Below the pieces are notes generated by a model, which had not been told where the DNA came from, did no database searches, and worked only from the letters and a program-made list of their open reading frames with translations. From an uncultured Candidatus Micrarchaeota archaeon (GTDB taxonomy: Archaea; Micrarchaeota; Micrarchaeia; Norongarragalinales; CAINOH01): a DNA stretch of 64,000 nucleotides. The stretch is taken from assembly GCA_903851445.1 (NCBI GenBank), contig CAINOH010000009.1, positions 185,075 to 249,074 of the forward strand, in the 5' to 3' direction. The translations under genes were made by a program, and so were the position numbers. Positions 26,697 to 36,664 of the stretch are shown here, one piece after another (within the stretch, counting starts at the first letter, position 1; every line of letters starts with the position of its first letter).

Positions 26697-27407
26697 TTGG
26701 GGTTGGGCTACAAAAAAGGGCAACTGGTTCTTTTCGACCTCGACCAGACCATTGTTGATGCGATTCCCCTTTACGACCGCGCGTGCAGGAGGGCCTTTCG
26801 CGAGCACTTCAACGTTGAGTGCAGCGCATACGAGTTGGACTTTGCTGGAAAGACCATGCCCGCGATAATTCGGGAGGGTTGTGAAAAGAAGGGCGTGCCA
26901 AGAACGGAGTACGATGCCAAAGCGCACCTTGTGATTCGCGACTTGATACGGTATTTCGACAGCTACGTTTCGCAGAAGGATTCGAATATCAGGGTCCTTC
27001 CGGGTGCAAAAGAGCTGCTTGAGGCGCTTTCCAAAAAGGGCATCCTGCTAGGCATAGTGACCGGGAGCGCGGAAAAAAGCGCAAACAAGCTTCTTTTTCG
27101 GGCGGGGCTTCGGCGGTATTTTGCGTTCGTGGTCGGCGGCGAGCGTGCTGCTGACAAGAAGCAGGCTGCCAAAGAGGCGCTTTCCGAAGCCAAAAAGGCG
27201 TTGGGGTGTTTTCCGAAAAAAGTCGTCTTCGTGGGCGATTCTCCACGCGAGGCGCAGGTTGCAAAAGCCGAAAACTTCGCTTTTATCGGAACCGCAACAG
27301 GTTATCACACGAAAAAACAGCTCAAAGATGCCGGGGCGGCCTTCGTGTTTGCGGACCTTTCAGGCACCAAAAAAGTCCTGGCTGCGATATTGTCGCAACT
27401 TAAATGA
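26697..27407 (+). CDS. HAD-superfamily hydrolase
   Basis: LFDLDQT motif I, VTG motif II, FVGDS motif IV. Confidence 0.88.
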   Translation: MGLGYKKGQLVLFDLDQTIVDAIPLYDRACRRAFREHFNVECSAYELDFAGKTMPAIIREGCEKKGVPRTEYDAKAHLVIRDLIRYFDSYVSQKDSNIRVLPGAKELLEALSKKGILLGIVTGSAEKSANKLLFRAGLRRYFAFVVGGERAADKKQAAKEALSEAKKALGCFPKKVVFVGDSPREAQVAKAENFAFIGTATGYHTKKQLKDAGAAFVFADLSGTKKVLAAILSQLK

Positions 27408-27453
27408 TTGCTTAGTTTGTAGTGCCTAACTTTCTTCTTTTGTTGGGTTCCGC

Positions 27454-28470
27454 CTAGCCCGTTTTCAGCATCCTTTCCCTTTGCGCCTTCTCGTCCCTGC
27501 ACAAAAGCGTGACCGCGCTCGGTCCGTGCTCGTCGGTGACAAGGTATCCAGTTTCCTGCGCAAGCTTCTGCGAGAAGTCGTTTATTTGCGCCTGTGTCGG
27601 CATCTCATCCTTTTCCAAAATTATGTATGACGCGCCGACATGCATATAGCTCTTGGCCTCGACGTAGTCCGGCTGGGCTTTTTCTATCAGTTTGGTAAAG
27701 CCATCGATCGCCGCATCGGTCATATTCAGGTTCCTCATCAAGGTCATCCGCAGGACAGTCCGTGCCTTTCCTTTCAGGCTTGCCATCAGCTCAAGCGACG
27801 CCTCGTATTTTTTCCAAGTGTCAGGCTCCTGCGGCAAAAGGAGTCTTTCGTGCGAGAACTGGTCGAACGCGGCAAGCGAAAGGTAAAGCTGGGTCGGAAG
27901 CGCCCGTTCATCAGCAAGTCGTTCAACCATTTCCGGTCGCGTGCCGTTGGACGCAAGGAACGTCGTCAGGCCCATCCTGTGGAACTCCTTGACAAGTTCC
28001 GGAAGCTGGGGGTAGAGCGTGGGTTCGCCTGCAAGCGAAATAGCCACATGCCTTGGCTTCTGGCTTCTCTTCCAGGAGGCCATATTCACTTTTGAGTTGC
28101 CAGGGAAGCCGTTGAGGTTGTGAAGCTGGGCTTTAATCGCCCCTTCAGCAATGTCTTTCGCACCATCAACTCCGGCCGTCCACTGCGCGGAGTAGCTTGC
28201 AGGGTCGCGCCAGCAGAACACGCACTTTTGCGTGCAGAACGGCAGGGCCGGCGTGAACTGGACGCACTGCTCGCTTGAAATGCCGTAGAACCTGTTCTTG
28301 TAGCACGAGCCTCCGGTGAGTATTGCCTTCTTGCACCAGTGGCACACCTTCACAGCCGAGTGCCTGTGCGGCCCGACAAGCTCGTAGCCTGCCTTTTCCA
28401 GGCGGTGAAGCTGTTCCTTGGAGAGGGCAGCAGGCTGGGTGGTTCCTGCAGGCTCAAGGCAAATGGCCAT
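27454..28470 (-). CDS. taw1: 4-demethylwyosine synthase (radical SAM)
   Basis: HSAVKVCHW, CYKNRFYGI, CTQKCVFCWR, AISLAGEPTLY, YVEAKSYMHVG. Confidence 0.95.
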   Translation of the reverse strand: MAICLEPAGTTQPAALSKEQLHRLEKAGYELVGPHRHSAVKVCHWCKKAILTGGSCYKNRFYGISSEQCVQFTPALPFCTQKCVFCWRDPASYSAQWTAGVDGAKDIAEGAIKAQLHNLNGFPGNSKVNMASWKRSQKPRHVAISLAGEPTLYPQLPELVKEFHRMGLTTFLASNGTRPEMVERLADERALPTQLYLSLAAFDQFSHERLLLPQEPDTWKKYEASLELMASLKGKARTVLRMTLMRNLNMTDAAIDGFTKLIEKAQPDYVEAKSYMHVGASYIILEKDEMPTQAQINDFSQKLAQETGYLVTDEHGPSAVTLLCRDEKAQRERMLKTG

Positions 28471-28571
28471 AGAATCTGTTTTTGCCTGCCAAGGTATTTA
28501 GTGCCTGCGGATGGGGGCAACAGCGGTTTTTAATCGGTGGCGTTTCTAATGTTTTCAGAAGGTGGTTTGGA

Positions 28572-28955
28572 ATGACTCCACAAAACGAGGCTACCCGCAA
28601 AGGCAATCTTCCCGTTTCTCAAGTTATGGAAATGAAGGGAAAATTAGCCCATCTTGATGTGCACATGCCGGATTCAGACCATTATTTGCACAGTTTTGGG
28701 AAATTCCTATCCAAGAGGATATGCGACCACCAACTCGCCCCCGCAGGTTTTCATACTGCCGCACAGCTGGCGCTTTTTGATTTAGAACGGGGGAAGGACG
28801 GCTATACAGGAGAACCCATACGTCATGACTTGGTCGGTTTTCCACCGTTTGTGTTTCGGACTTACGCGCTGATGATTCCCGAAATAGCAAGCGCAGTCTG
28901 CCCGCCAAAATTTGCCGCGGCTGTGAAGGATGCGTTTGAGAAATCCAAACAGTGA
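28572..28955 (+). CDS. Hypothetical protein
   Basis: ATG after GAAGGTGG; AT-richer than its neighbours. Confidence 0.6.
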   Translation: MTPQNEATRKGNLPVSQVMEMKGKLAHLDVHMPDSDHYLHSFGKFLSKRICDHQLAPAGFHTAAQLALFDLERGKDGYTGEPIRHDLVGFPPFVFRTYALMIPEIASAVCPPKFAAAVKDAFEKSKQ

Positions 28956-29016
28956 CGTAACGCTTCCGCTTGGGTTTCAAAAACAATAGAAAAAGAATTG
29001 AAAAAAGAAAAGAAGC

Positions 29017-29274
29017 CTAGAATGAGAGTGCGCGCCGGTCCACTACCATGACGTCCTTCACGTCAAGTACGGACGAGTACGGCAGCATGGCCTCGACGCC
29101 CTTCTCTCCAAGCCTCTGGGCGAGGGTGGAGTCGGGGTTGGGCTCGATGAGCACGCTCTCTATCTTTCCGGACAGCTCGTTGATGTAGAGGTCCAGCACC
29201 CGGCCGAGTTCCTCTCCGTCTGTAGTGATGATTCTCTTTCCAGCGAGCTGTTTTGCGATCGCGAATTTGACCAT
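29017..29274 (-). CDS. PRC-barrel domain protein (CdpB-like)
   Basis: AKQLAGKRIITTDGEELGRVLDLYINELSGKI...LPYSSVLDVKDVMVV. Confidence 0.9.
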   Translation of the reverse strand: MVKFAIAKQLAGKRIITTDGEELGRVLDLYINELSGKIESVLIEPNPDSTLAQRLGEKGVEAMLPYSSVLDVKDVMVVDRRALSF

Positions 29275-29440
29275 ATTTTCACCTTCGTAAAAAGCATTGG
29301 GGAGCCTTTGTATAATTTGGATATGCTTCTAATGTTTTTAAACCCGTTGGGAATTTGCAGGCGCGGTTTTTGCGAGGTAAAGTCGGTTTTATATACCGGC
29401 CGGCAGTGATTAACCTGTCTTACGTTACGGGTGTGTGGAA

Positions 29441-29686
29441 ATGAAGGTAAAGGACGAGGTTCTCACGGTAATCGACGCTTTGAAGAAGGCCGGCTTCACT
29501 CCAGTTGACGCGGTATTTGAGGGTGCGGTAGGGGTAAAGGAGGACACCACGCTCGCGTTCATGGACAAGCTCAACGACGCGCAGATGGTCTCCGGAGTGG
29601 TCAGGGTAATCTACACGACTTCGGACAATGCAGTGCGCTTTGTGGAAATCCCTGTTGGCGAGCAGAAGGCACAGGAAGGCCAGTAG
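29441..29686 (+). CDS. Small hypothetical protein
   Basis: 81-aa ORF with host-like codon usage and a TTTTATA box upstream. Confidence 0.65.
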   Translation: MKVKDEVLTVIDALKKAGFTPVDAVFEGAVGVKEDTTLAFMDKLNDAQMVSGVVRVIYTTSDNAVRFVEIPVGEQKAQEGQ

Positions 29687-29720
29687 GGGGGTTCCGGCTC
29701 GACCGGGCATCGCCACCAAC

Positions 29721-30764
29721 CTAAACCTCTATTTCTATTTTATTTTTCCTCTCTTTCTTTGCTTTCTCAATAGCATCCTCCACTTTGTCATAGTGGAGGT
29801 AGATTGCATCGCCAAAATCCTGCAGCCCTTCAGCAGCCACAAGGGCTTCGGCAATCGACTTTTCCTGGATTTCCTTTTGCTTTAGGAGCTTCTCAAGCTT
29901 GGCGTTCTTGGCCTTCTTTACAGGACCGGAAATTGCCGCTTTGGAATAATATTCGTCAAGCGCGTCGGAAAACGTGTCGAAAACCTTGGAACTTACGGGC
30001 TCGGACTTCAGGTATGCTGTCGGGTCGTTGAGCTTGATTGCGGAAAAGCCGGTAGCACCGCCTTCGGCGCCATAATAAACCACGAATTCTGGTTCAGAAA
30101 CGTACTTTGTCAGTGCCTTCGCCGCTTTTTTTGCATCCGACAGGTCCGCGCCTTTTGAAAAATCGTCAAAATATGCAGGCGCAAGCGCGATTTTCTTCGC
30201 CGCGTCCTTTGCATCTGCACCGCCTGGCGCCTTATCCGCCGCTGCCTCAAGGGCTTTCTCAACAGCAGCGGCATCAAACGGGCTTGCCGTAGCAGCCGGG
30301 ACCGGGTATTGCCCCCCGCGCGCAACAACGCGCTTTGCTTCCCTCTGCTCGTGATATGCCGCGATTATCCTCCCATCCTCGCTGCACAGGACCAGGTTCC
30401 CCTTTGCGAACATCTCAAAGTACAAGAGGCACGCCTCTTCCTTTCGCAGTTGCATCACAACAAGCCGGTCGAGCGACACCTGCGAGATGCCCTCGAATAC
30501 CGCGTTCGCAAGCCTCTTGCGCAAAAGCGACGCGAACGAAGTCGGCTGCATCGGCGACTCCGGAATCATCTTTGATGCGGACAGCCGCGTGCCGAGCGTT
30601 GCAACAAGGTCGGTCTTTTCGCCCTTGTTTCCGAGCCTGAACCTGAAAACACCGTCCTCGATTTCATAGATTTGTTCGAGTCTGCCGCCAACAGCTTGCG
30701 CTAGTTCCCTGACCGCGTAGTGGTAGTCGAGGTTGGACATCTTCTGCGGCTGCTGCCGTGCCAT
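29721..30764 (-). CDS. NFACT / Rqc2 (RqcH)-family protein, N-terminal half only
   Basis: MSNLDY, PTSFASLLRKRL, QVSLDRLV, EMFAKGNLVL, FSDALDEYY; ends before the NFACT-R domain. Confidence 0.85.
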   Translation of the reverse strand: MARQQPQKMSNLDYHYAVRELAQAVGGRLEQIYEIEDGVFRFRLGNKGEKTDLVATLGTRLSASKMIPESPMQPTSFASLLRKRLANAVFEGISQVSLDRLVVMQLRKEEACLLYFEMFAKGNLVLCSEDGRIIAAYHEQREAKRVVARGGQYPVPAATASPFDAAAVEKALEAAADKAPGGADAKDAAKKIALAPAYFDDFSKGADLSDAKKAAKALTKYVSEPEFVVYYGAEGGATGFSAIKLNDPTAYLKSEPVSSKVFDTFSDALDEYYSKAAISGPVKKAKNAKLEKLLKQKEIQEKSIAEALVAAEGLQDFGDAIYLHYDKVEDAIEKAKKERKNKIEIEV

Positions 30765-30900
30765 TAAAAGCAACTCGTGTGCTAATCGTATTTTAAGCAA
30801 GGTTTGCGTCCTAATTTGGACGATGCAAAGCCTTCGCCATCCATTGTAATGTTTTAGGCTGCAGGTTCTTTTTTAACACGACAAATACGCAGTGGTTTCT

Positions 30901-31656
30901 ATGAAAACGCAGGCCAAACCAACGCCTTCATCGCCGCACCCCAACGGCAAGCCGGTAATCGAGCTTGACTCCGTCTACAAGTCCTACTTCATGGAGTCTC
31001 TGGAGGTTCCCATCCTCAAGGACATAAACATAGCTGTCCGCGAGGGCGAGTTCGTGGCGATCATGGGGCCATCAGGCAGCGGGAAGTCCACGCTTATGAA
31101 CCTCGTCGGCTGCCTTGACGTTCCCACGCAGGGTAGGGTGCTACTTGACGGCCACGACATCACCAGGCTTTCCGACAACAGTCTTGCGCGCATCCGCGGC
31201 AGCCTCGTAGGCTTCGTGTTCCAAAAGTTCAACCTGATTAATTCGCTGACCGCGTGGGAGAACGTGGCGCTCCCGCTCATCTTCCACGGCACTCCTGCTG
31301 ACGAGCGCAAGGCCGTTGCAATCAGGATCCTGACCTCGGTAGGCATGGCCGACCGGGTGAACAACCACCCAAACCAGCTTTCAGGGGGTCAGCAGCAGCG
31401 CGTTGCGATTGCGCGCGCCCTTGCGGTCCGGCCTCAGATGATTCTTGCGGACGAGCCAACCGGAAACCTTGACTCGACAACCGGCAAGGAGATCCTCTTG
31501 CTTTTCCGTAGCCTCAATGCCGAGGGCAAGACGATAGTCCTTGTCACGCACGACGAGAGCGTGGCGAGCAACGCCCGGCGCATCATCCAAATCAGCGACG
31601 GCCGAGTGGTAAGCGACGAGGGTTCCAGGCACGTTAAAAAGAAGGTGTCCGATTAA
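30901..31656 (+). CDS. ABC transporter ATP-binding protein (LolD/MacB-like)
   Basis: GPSGSGKS, LSGGQQQR, ILADEPTGNLD, VTHD. Confidence 0.96.
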   Translation: MKTQAKPTPSSPHPNGKPVIELDSVYKSYFMESLEVPILKDINIAVREGEFVAIMGPSGSGKSTLMNLVGCLDVPTQGRVLLDGHDITRLSDNSLARIRGSLVGFVFQKFNLINSLTAWENVALPLIFHGTPADERKAVAIRILTSVGMADRVNNHPNQLSGGQQQRVAIARALAVRPQMILADEPTGNLDSTTGKEILLLFRSLNAEGKTIVLVTHDESVASNARRIIQISDGRVVSDEGSRHVKKKVSD

Positions 31657-31708
31657 ATTTTCAGGGGAATGTTCAGGGAAAGCAGTGTTTATACAAGGGG
31701 TGTCTTTG

Positions 31709-32989
31709 ATGAAGAACGAAATGAAAATCCTATTTGCATTGATGGCGGTGGTGCTCCTGTCGCCGGTTGCGTTCGCGCTGGACGCAAGCCAGTCCGCGGG
31801 CCAGATAGAGGTACGCAACGAGTCCTATTACACGCCGTTTCCTGTTGAGCCGGGGAACTATTTTGACTTCTTTGCGTCGGTGAAGAACTCCGGTACTGAC
31901 ACGCTTTCGGTGACTTGCGGCCTGGATCCCAAGTACCCCTTCTCGATGGACGCAGGCGAGGAGAACTACCGCACGTTCACCCGCATGGCCGAAGCCAAGG
32001 AAGCGCTCCTGAATTTCAGGGTGCGCGTGGCGGACACCGCGGTCGAGGGCACCAACTACCTTGACTTTACCTGCCGAAACATAGACACTGGCCAGGCCAA
32101 CACCGTCCAGTTCAAGGTAATCATAAAGGCAAAGGCCTCGACTGTGAACATCGCGTCAGTGACAACCGACCCCGCAACAATCAGGCCGGGCCAGAAGGCC
32201 ACGCTCACAATCGTAGTTGACAGCGCGTCGCCCAACTACCTTCGCGACTTCAAGATAAGCCTCGGGATAGGCTCGGACACCCTGCCTTTTGCAGTGATTG
32301 GCGGGACCAACGAAAAACTCGTGTCCGAAATCGCGCCCCTCCAGTCAACCACTTTCTCGTTCGACCTGATGGCTTACCCGTCGGCAGCGTCGGGCGTGTA
32401 CAAGCTGCCGATCACCATCACTTACTCTGACAAGCTAGGCCGCGCGTATTCAATCAGCCAGTCGTCGGGCCTCGTGGTGGGAAGCCAGCCAAACCTCGAG
32501 CTTGCTGCTGAAAGCACGGACATAGTGCAGCCGGGTGCAACCGGGAAGGTAATCTTTCGCGTGATGAACCGCGGGCTTGTCAACGTCAAGACCCTGCGCA
32601 TCGAGATGCAGCCGTCCAAGGACTACGTAATCCTCTCCGCGCCTTCGCAGTTCATAGGCTCGATAAACGCCGACGACTTCGAGACTGCGGAGTTCCGAAT
32701 CCACGTGTCCGAGAACGCGACCGGGCCGCTTGCGCTTCCGGCAAAGCTGTACTACTCGGACACGTCCAATGCCGAGTTCGCAACCGCCGCAACCGCGTCG
32801 TTGCCGCTGTTCTCTCAGGTGGAGGCGATACAGTATGGGCTTGAGAAGATTCCCGACAACACGCTGATTTACATCCTGCTAGCAATAGTTGTTCTGTATC
32901 TTCTCTACAAGTACGCGCTCCCGCCGGTGTCCGGCTTCATAAGCGAGTATTTCGGGAAGCAGAGGCAGGCAAAGAAGCAGCGCGATTAA
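31709..32989 (+). CDS. COG1361-type S-layer / Ig-repeat membrane-anchored protein
   Basis: Signal peptide, tandem Ig-like repeats (PATIRPGQKATL, SGVYKLPITITYSD), C-terminal TM; lies between ABC genes. Confidence 0.8.
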   Translation: MKNEMKILFALMAVVLLSPVAFALDASQSAGQIEVRNESYYTPFPVEPGNYFDFFASVKNSGTDTLSVTCGLDPKYPFSMDAGEENYRTFTRMAEAKEALLNFRVRVADTAVEGTNYLDFTCRNIDTGQANTVQFKVIIKAKASTVNIASVTTDPATIRPGQKATLTIVVDSASPNYLRDFKISLGIGSDTLPFAVIGGTNEKLVSEIAPLQSTTFSFDLMAYPSAASGVYKLPITITYSDKLGRAYSISQSSGLVVGSQPNLELAAESTDIVQPGATGKVIFRVMNRGLVNVKTLRIEMQPSKDYVILSAPSQFIGSINADDFETAEFRIHVSENATGPLALPAKLYYSDTSNAEFATAATASLPLFSQVEAIQYGLEKIPDNTLIYILLAIVVLYLLYKYALPPVSGFISEYFGKQRQAKKQRD

Positions 32990-33077
32990 TTTCGTCGTCG
33001 CAGGAGGGCCTCTTTCCTTTTTCCTTTCCCTCTTTTCTTTTTTTTAATTTCATCTTAGCTTGGTTGGTGTTCTTGTA

Positions 33078-34304
33078 GTGTTCGGCCTTGGCAGTTTCCT
33101 GTCGCTCTTCTCGCTCGCCCTTGACAGCATATCGCACCGCAAGATGCGCTCATTCCTGACTATGCTGGGAATATTCATCGGCGTCGCCTCGGTGGTGGCG
33201 CTCATCGCGCTCGGCCAGGGGCTTTCGGATTCCATCAACGGCGAGTTTCAGAAAATCGGGGTCGACAAGCTCACGGTGACGCCCGGCGGCAGTGCGATGT
33301 CCGCGATGTACGCGTCAAGCAAGCTTACCGAGCGCGACTTTGCGGCGGTAAAGCGCGTGAACGGGGTTGAAACTGCCGGTTATATGATGACGCAATCGAT
33401 GCTGGTCCAGCACGGTGACAAGAAGATTTTTGCAATTGTAAGCGGCATATCAACGTCTGCGGATGAGGCCGGGCCTGTTGAGGAGTTCATGGGAATCGAA
33501 ATCGAGCAGGGTCGGAGCCTCAACTCGAATGACAAGTACAAGGCGCTTGTCGGCTCCAGGCTTGCGACTGAGAACATCTTTGGCCACGAGCTCAAGCTCA
33601 ATGACGTCGTGGTAATCAACAACACGGAGTTCCGCGTTGTGGGTGTACTCAAGAAAGTGGGCAATCCTACTGTTGACAGCGCCTTCATCATTCCCGGAGA
33701 CGCCGCAAAGGAGGTCATGGGCTCAAGCGAGTACAGCAGGTTCGTGCTCAAGCTCTCCTCGGGAATAGTCCCGGGAGACCTGCGCGATGACGTTGAAAAG
33801 GCGCTCCGGCAGTCGCGGGGCGTGACAAAGAAGAATCAGGACTTCCAGGTCAGCACCTCCGAGCAGCTCCTCCAGAGTTTCAACACGATTTTTGGGGTTG
33901 TGCAGGCAATCATCATAGGGATTGCCGCAATCTCGCTGCTTGTCGGCGCAGTCGGGATTATGAACACGATGTACACCGCGGTGCTTGAGCGCACCAAGGA
34001 AATCGGGATAATGAAGGCCGTTGGCGCGAAGAATTCGGAAATCCTCGTGCTGTTTTTGATAGAGTCCGGGCTGCTTGGCCTTGTCGGCGGAGTCATCGGC
34101 GTAATCCTGGGGTTCCTGATGGGGAAAGTGGCCGAGTACATTGCAAACCAGATGCTCGGCACCAGCCTTCTGAAGCTGTACTTCCCGCCGGAACTGATAT
34201 TCGGCGCGTTGCTGTTCTCCTTCGTGATAGGCGCATTGTCCGGCATGGTGCCAGCGCGGCAGGCATCGCACCTGCGGCCGGTTGATGCTTTGCGTTACGA
34301 GTGA
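33078..34304 (+). CDS. ABC transporter permease, MacB/FtsX family
   Basis: RSFLTMLGIFIG, GIMNTMYTAVLERTKEIGIMKAVGA, PVDALRYE. Confidence 0.94.
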   Translation: MFGLGSFLSLFSLALDSISHRKMRSFLTMLGIFIGVASVVALIALGQGLSDSINGEFQKIGVDKLTVTPGGSAMSAMYASSKLTERDFAAVKRVNGVETAGYMMTQSMLVQHGDKKIFAIVSGISTSADEAGPVEEFMGIEIEQGRSLNSNDKYKALVGSRLATENIFGHELKLNDVVVINNTEFRVVGVLKKVGNPTVDSAFIIPGDAAKEVMGSSEYSRFVLKLSSGIVPGDLRDDVEKALRQSRGVTKKNQDFQVSTSEQLLQSFNTIFGVVQAIIIGIAAISLLVGAVGIMNTMYTAVLERTKEIGIMKAVGAKNSEILVLFLIESGLLGLVGGVIGVILGFLMGKVAEYIANQMLGTSLLKLYFPPELIFGALLFSFVIGALSGMVPARQASHLRPVDALRYE

Positions 34305-34376
34305 AAAAGATTACACTATTTTTAATGAAAATTAAAAAGTTGGGCGGAACATGCCGCCAAGAAGGAGTTTGGCGCT

Positions 34377-34568
34377 CTAGCGGAGGACCGAGAGCGGGAT
34401 TGCGTTCTTCTCGAACTCAAGCTTTGCAAGCACGAGCGAGTTAATCGTGTTGAGGTTGTTCTTGACAAGGCACGGCGCGCCCATTGCAAGCTGGAGCGCT
34501 CTTGCGCCAACCACTCTTGCGACTTCGTACTTGGTCATGTCCTTGAATTTTACAGTTGCGGATGGCAT
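34377..34568 (-). CDS. rpoK: RNA polymerase subunit K (Rpo6)
   Basis: TKYEVARVVGARALQLAMGAP. Confidence 0.93.
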   Translation of the reverse strand: MPSATVKFKDMTKYEVARVVGARALQLAMGAPCLVKNNLNTINSLVLAKLEFEKNAIPLSVLR

Positions 34569-34705
34569 TGGAAAGTTGCACCTCTGGTGGATGATGAAAA
34601 AGCCGGCTGGAAGAAAGCGTTTCTCCGGTCTATCCTTTGGGCGGTTCAAAGCATTAAATACTTTCCAAGGGGATGTTTTTGGTGTATCTGGGAGGATTAG
34701 GCGCG

Positions 34706-35443
34706 ATGGCATCCAACATTACCAAGAGGATACGTTCATTCCTGCGAAAGGCCGCAAACCCTAAAGTTAGGGAAAAGTCACGGCGATTCTTCACCGAACC
34801 CGTTAGGCCGCTTGGCGTGCCTATGCAAGGTTGCACAAAGGCGGTGGCTGTTGCGATTGCGGACGCAAAAAAGGTGGGCATTGCCTTGTCTGTTGCTGAT
34901 GCCAAGGATGCTGCCAAAGACCTATATTCTTCGGGCGTCCTCGAAGAGCAATATTGCGCGAACATCCTGCTTTCCAAGTTCGAACGAAAATTTCAAGAGG
35001 AAGACCTTGCATTCTTCGAATCACTTATCCCCAAACACATCAACAACTGGGCCTGTTGCGACGGCTTGTGCTCGATTTTGGGAAAGCTCTACGAAATGTA
35101 CCCACAGCAGGCGCAAAAGACGCGCTTTTGGCCGAAATCAAAGAACCGGTGGGTCAAGCGCGCGTCAGTGGTGTGCTTTGTCCTGCCCGTGCGGCGCGGG
35201 GTGTTCATCGACTTGGTTTATGGCAACGTCTCGTCAATGCTTTATGATTCGGACGACTTGGTGCGCAAAGCAAACGGCTGGGCGCTGCGGCAGGCCGGCA
35301 AGTTCGACGAGAAGCGGCTCGTCTCATTCCTTGAAATGCACGCGGATATGCCGGCAATCACGCTTTCCTACGCAGTGGAGAAATTGGATGACAAGACGAG
35401 AAAAAGGATTCGCGGCCTGAGAACGGCCGGGATAAAAAAATAG
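34706..35443 (+). CDS. DNA alkylation repair protein (AlkD-like HEAT repeat)
   Basis: LGVPM, INNWACCD, NRWVKRAS, DLVRKANGWALR. Confidence 0.88.
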   Translation: MASNITKRIRSFLRKAANPKVREKSRRFFTEPVRPLGVPMQGCTKAVAVAIADAKKVGIALSVADAKDAAKDLYSSGVLEEQYCANILLSKFERKFQEEDLAFFESLIPKHINNWACCDGLCSILGKLYEMYPQQAQKTRFWPKSKNRWVKRASVVCFVLPVRRGVFIDLVYGNVSSMLYDSDDLVRKANGWALRQAGKFDEKRLVSFLEMHADMPAITLSYAVEKLDDKTRKRIRGLRTAGIKK

Positions 35444-35477
35444 ATGTTGGCGGCAAGCGCCGCCTTCCAAAGGGACT

Positions 35478-35765
35478 TTACTGGACTATTTCCATCTTTC
35501 CGAACTTGCCCAGCGTAAGCTGCGGTTTGTCTTGCCAAGTGTTGACGTAGCCGTTGGTAATCTTTATCTTGGAACCAACCGAGACCTCGTCAATCTTCTC
35601 GTTCCAGAGCACGAGCGCGATTGTTCCGGAGTCGTCCTTGATGATGACGTTCGCCACGCGGAGCTTGCGGCCCATCTTGTCAATTTCGCGGGGAGTCTCG
35701 ATGTCAACTACTTCGGCCTCGAGCTCCACGTTGCCTGTTCCCGGATTGAGTTCTGAAATCTTCAC
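35478..35765 (-). CDS. ssb: Single OB-fold single-stranded DNA-binding protein
   Basis: KISELNPG, VANVIIKDDSGTIALVLW, NGYV, LTLGKFG. Confidence 0.88.
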   Translation of the reverse strand: MKISELNPGTGNVELEAEVVDIETPREIDKMGRKLRVANVIIKDDSGTIALVLWNEKIDEVSVGSKIKITNGYVNTWQDKPQLTLGKFGKMEIVQ

Positions 35766-35867
35766 TTAAAACCACCTGTTTTCAAAAAAAGCGTTTCCCG
35801 CCGCATTGCGGCACTTATTTTTTGAAATGCCGCGCTTAATAAAACCAAGTTACGCCTTTGTTTTGAT

Positions 35868-36542
35868 ATGCGCAAGTTCAATGGCCTGCCGGGACGAAAG
35901 CCGCGTTCAAGGCCGGCCCTTTTTCGGACCAAGGCAGCCGGCCGCAGCCGGCCTGAGGATTCCTTTGCCGCGGGGGAGTTTTACGGAAGCGGCGAGGGTG
36001 ACTCCCACCGCGAAAGCAACGCGATACGCAGCATCCAAGGCAAAATCACAATCCGCAGCCTTGAACTTTTGGCAATCGTCCCGCCTGCAAGGCTTCTTGA
36101 TGCCGGTTGCGGCTCCGGTTTCTCTAGCCTCGTTGCAAAGGCCGCGGGGTTTGAGGTTTTGGGCTTTGACCTTGACAAGAAGATGGTTGATGCCGCAAGG
36201 AAAAACAAAGTCGATGCCAAGGTAGGAAACCTGACCAAGATTCCCTTCGGTGACAACTCGTTTGATGCGGCCATTTCAATTTCTGCCCTCCAGTGGCTCG
36301 GCGCAGGCAAAAACCCGTTGGCTGCGTTCGAGGAGTATTTCAATTCTGCAAAGGAGTTTGCGCGCGTCCTGAAGCCAGCTGGCCGCGCGGTAATTCAGTT
36401 CTACCCCCGCGACGAGGACGAGGCGTTCCGTGCAGGCCGGGCCTTCCGGAAAGCGGGGTTTGCCGTGACGCTGCAGGTAGACTCTGCCGACAACCCTAAA
36501 CGGCGGAAAACGTACCTTGTTCTGGGGCGGCAAATCGCCTAA
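35868..36542 (+). CDS. Bud23/WBSCR22-like class I SAM methyltransferase (candidate SSU rRNA m7G methyltransferase)
   Basis: SRPE...FY, IQGKITIRSLELL, LDAGCGSG, FDAAISISALQWL, QFYP, AGF, VD, K.YLVL. Confidence 0.8.
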   Translation: MRKFNGLPGRKPRSRPALFRTKAAGRSRPEDSFAAGEFYGSGEGDSHRESNAIRSIQGKITIRSLELLAIVPPARLLDAGCGSGFSSLVAKAAGFEVLGFDLDKKMVDAARKNKVDAKVGNLTKIPFGDNSFDAAISISALQWLGAGKNPLAAFEEYFNSAKEFARVLKPAGRAVIQFYPRDEDEAFRAGRAFRKAGFAVTLQVDSADNPKRRKTYLVLGRQIA

Positions 36543-36664
36543 AAAACCCTTCGGTTTTCCCTCGTAAACCGCCAGTCTGGTCTGGGGCTTAAAAACCATT
36601 AGAAGCTACATATATCCAGTGCGAATTTTAGTGCACTTTCCAGGGTATTTTAGAGGGATTTCTT

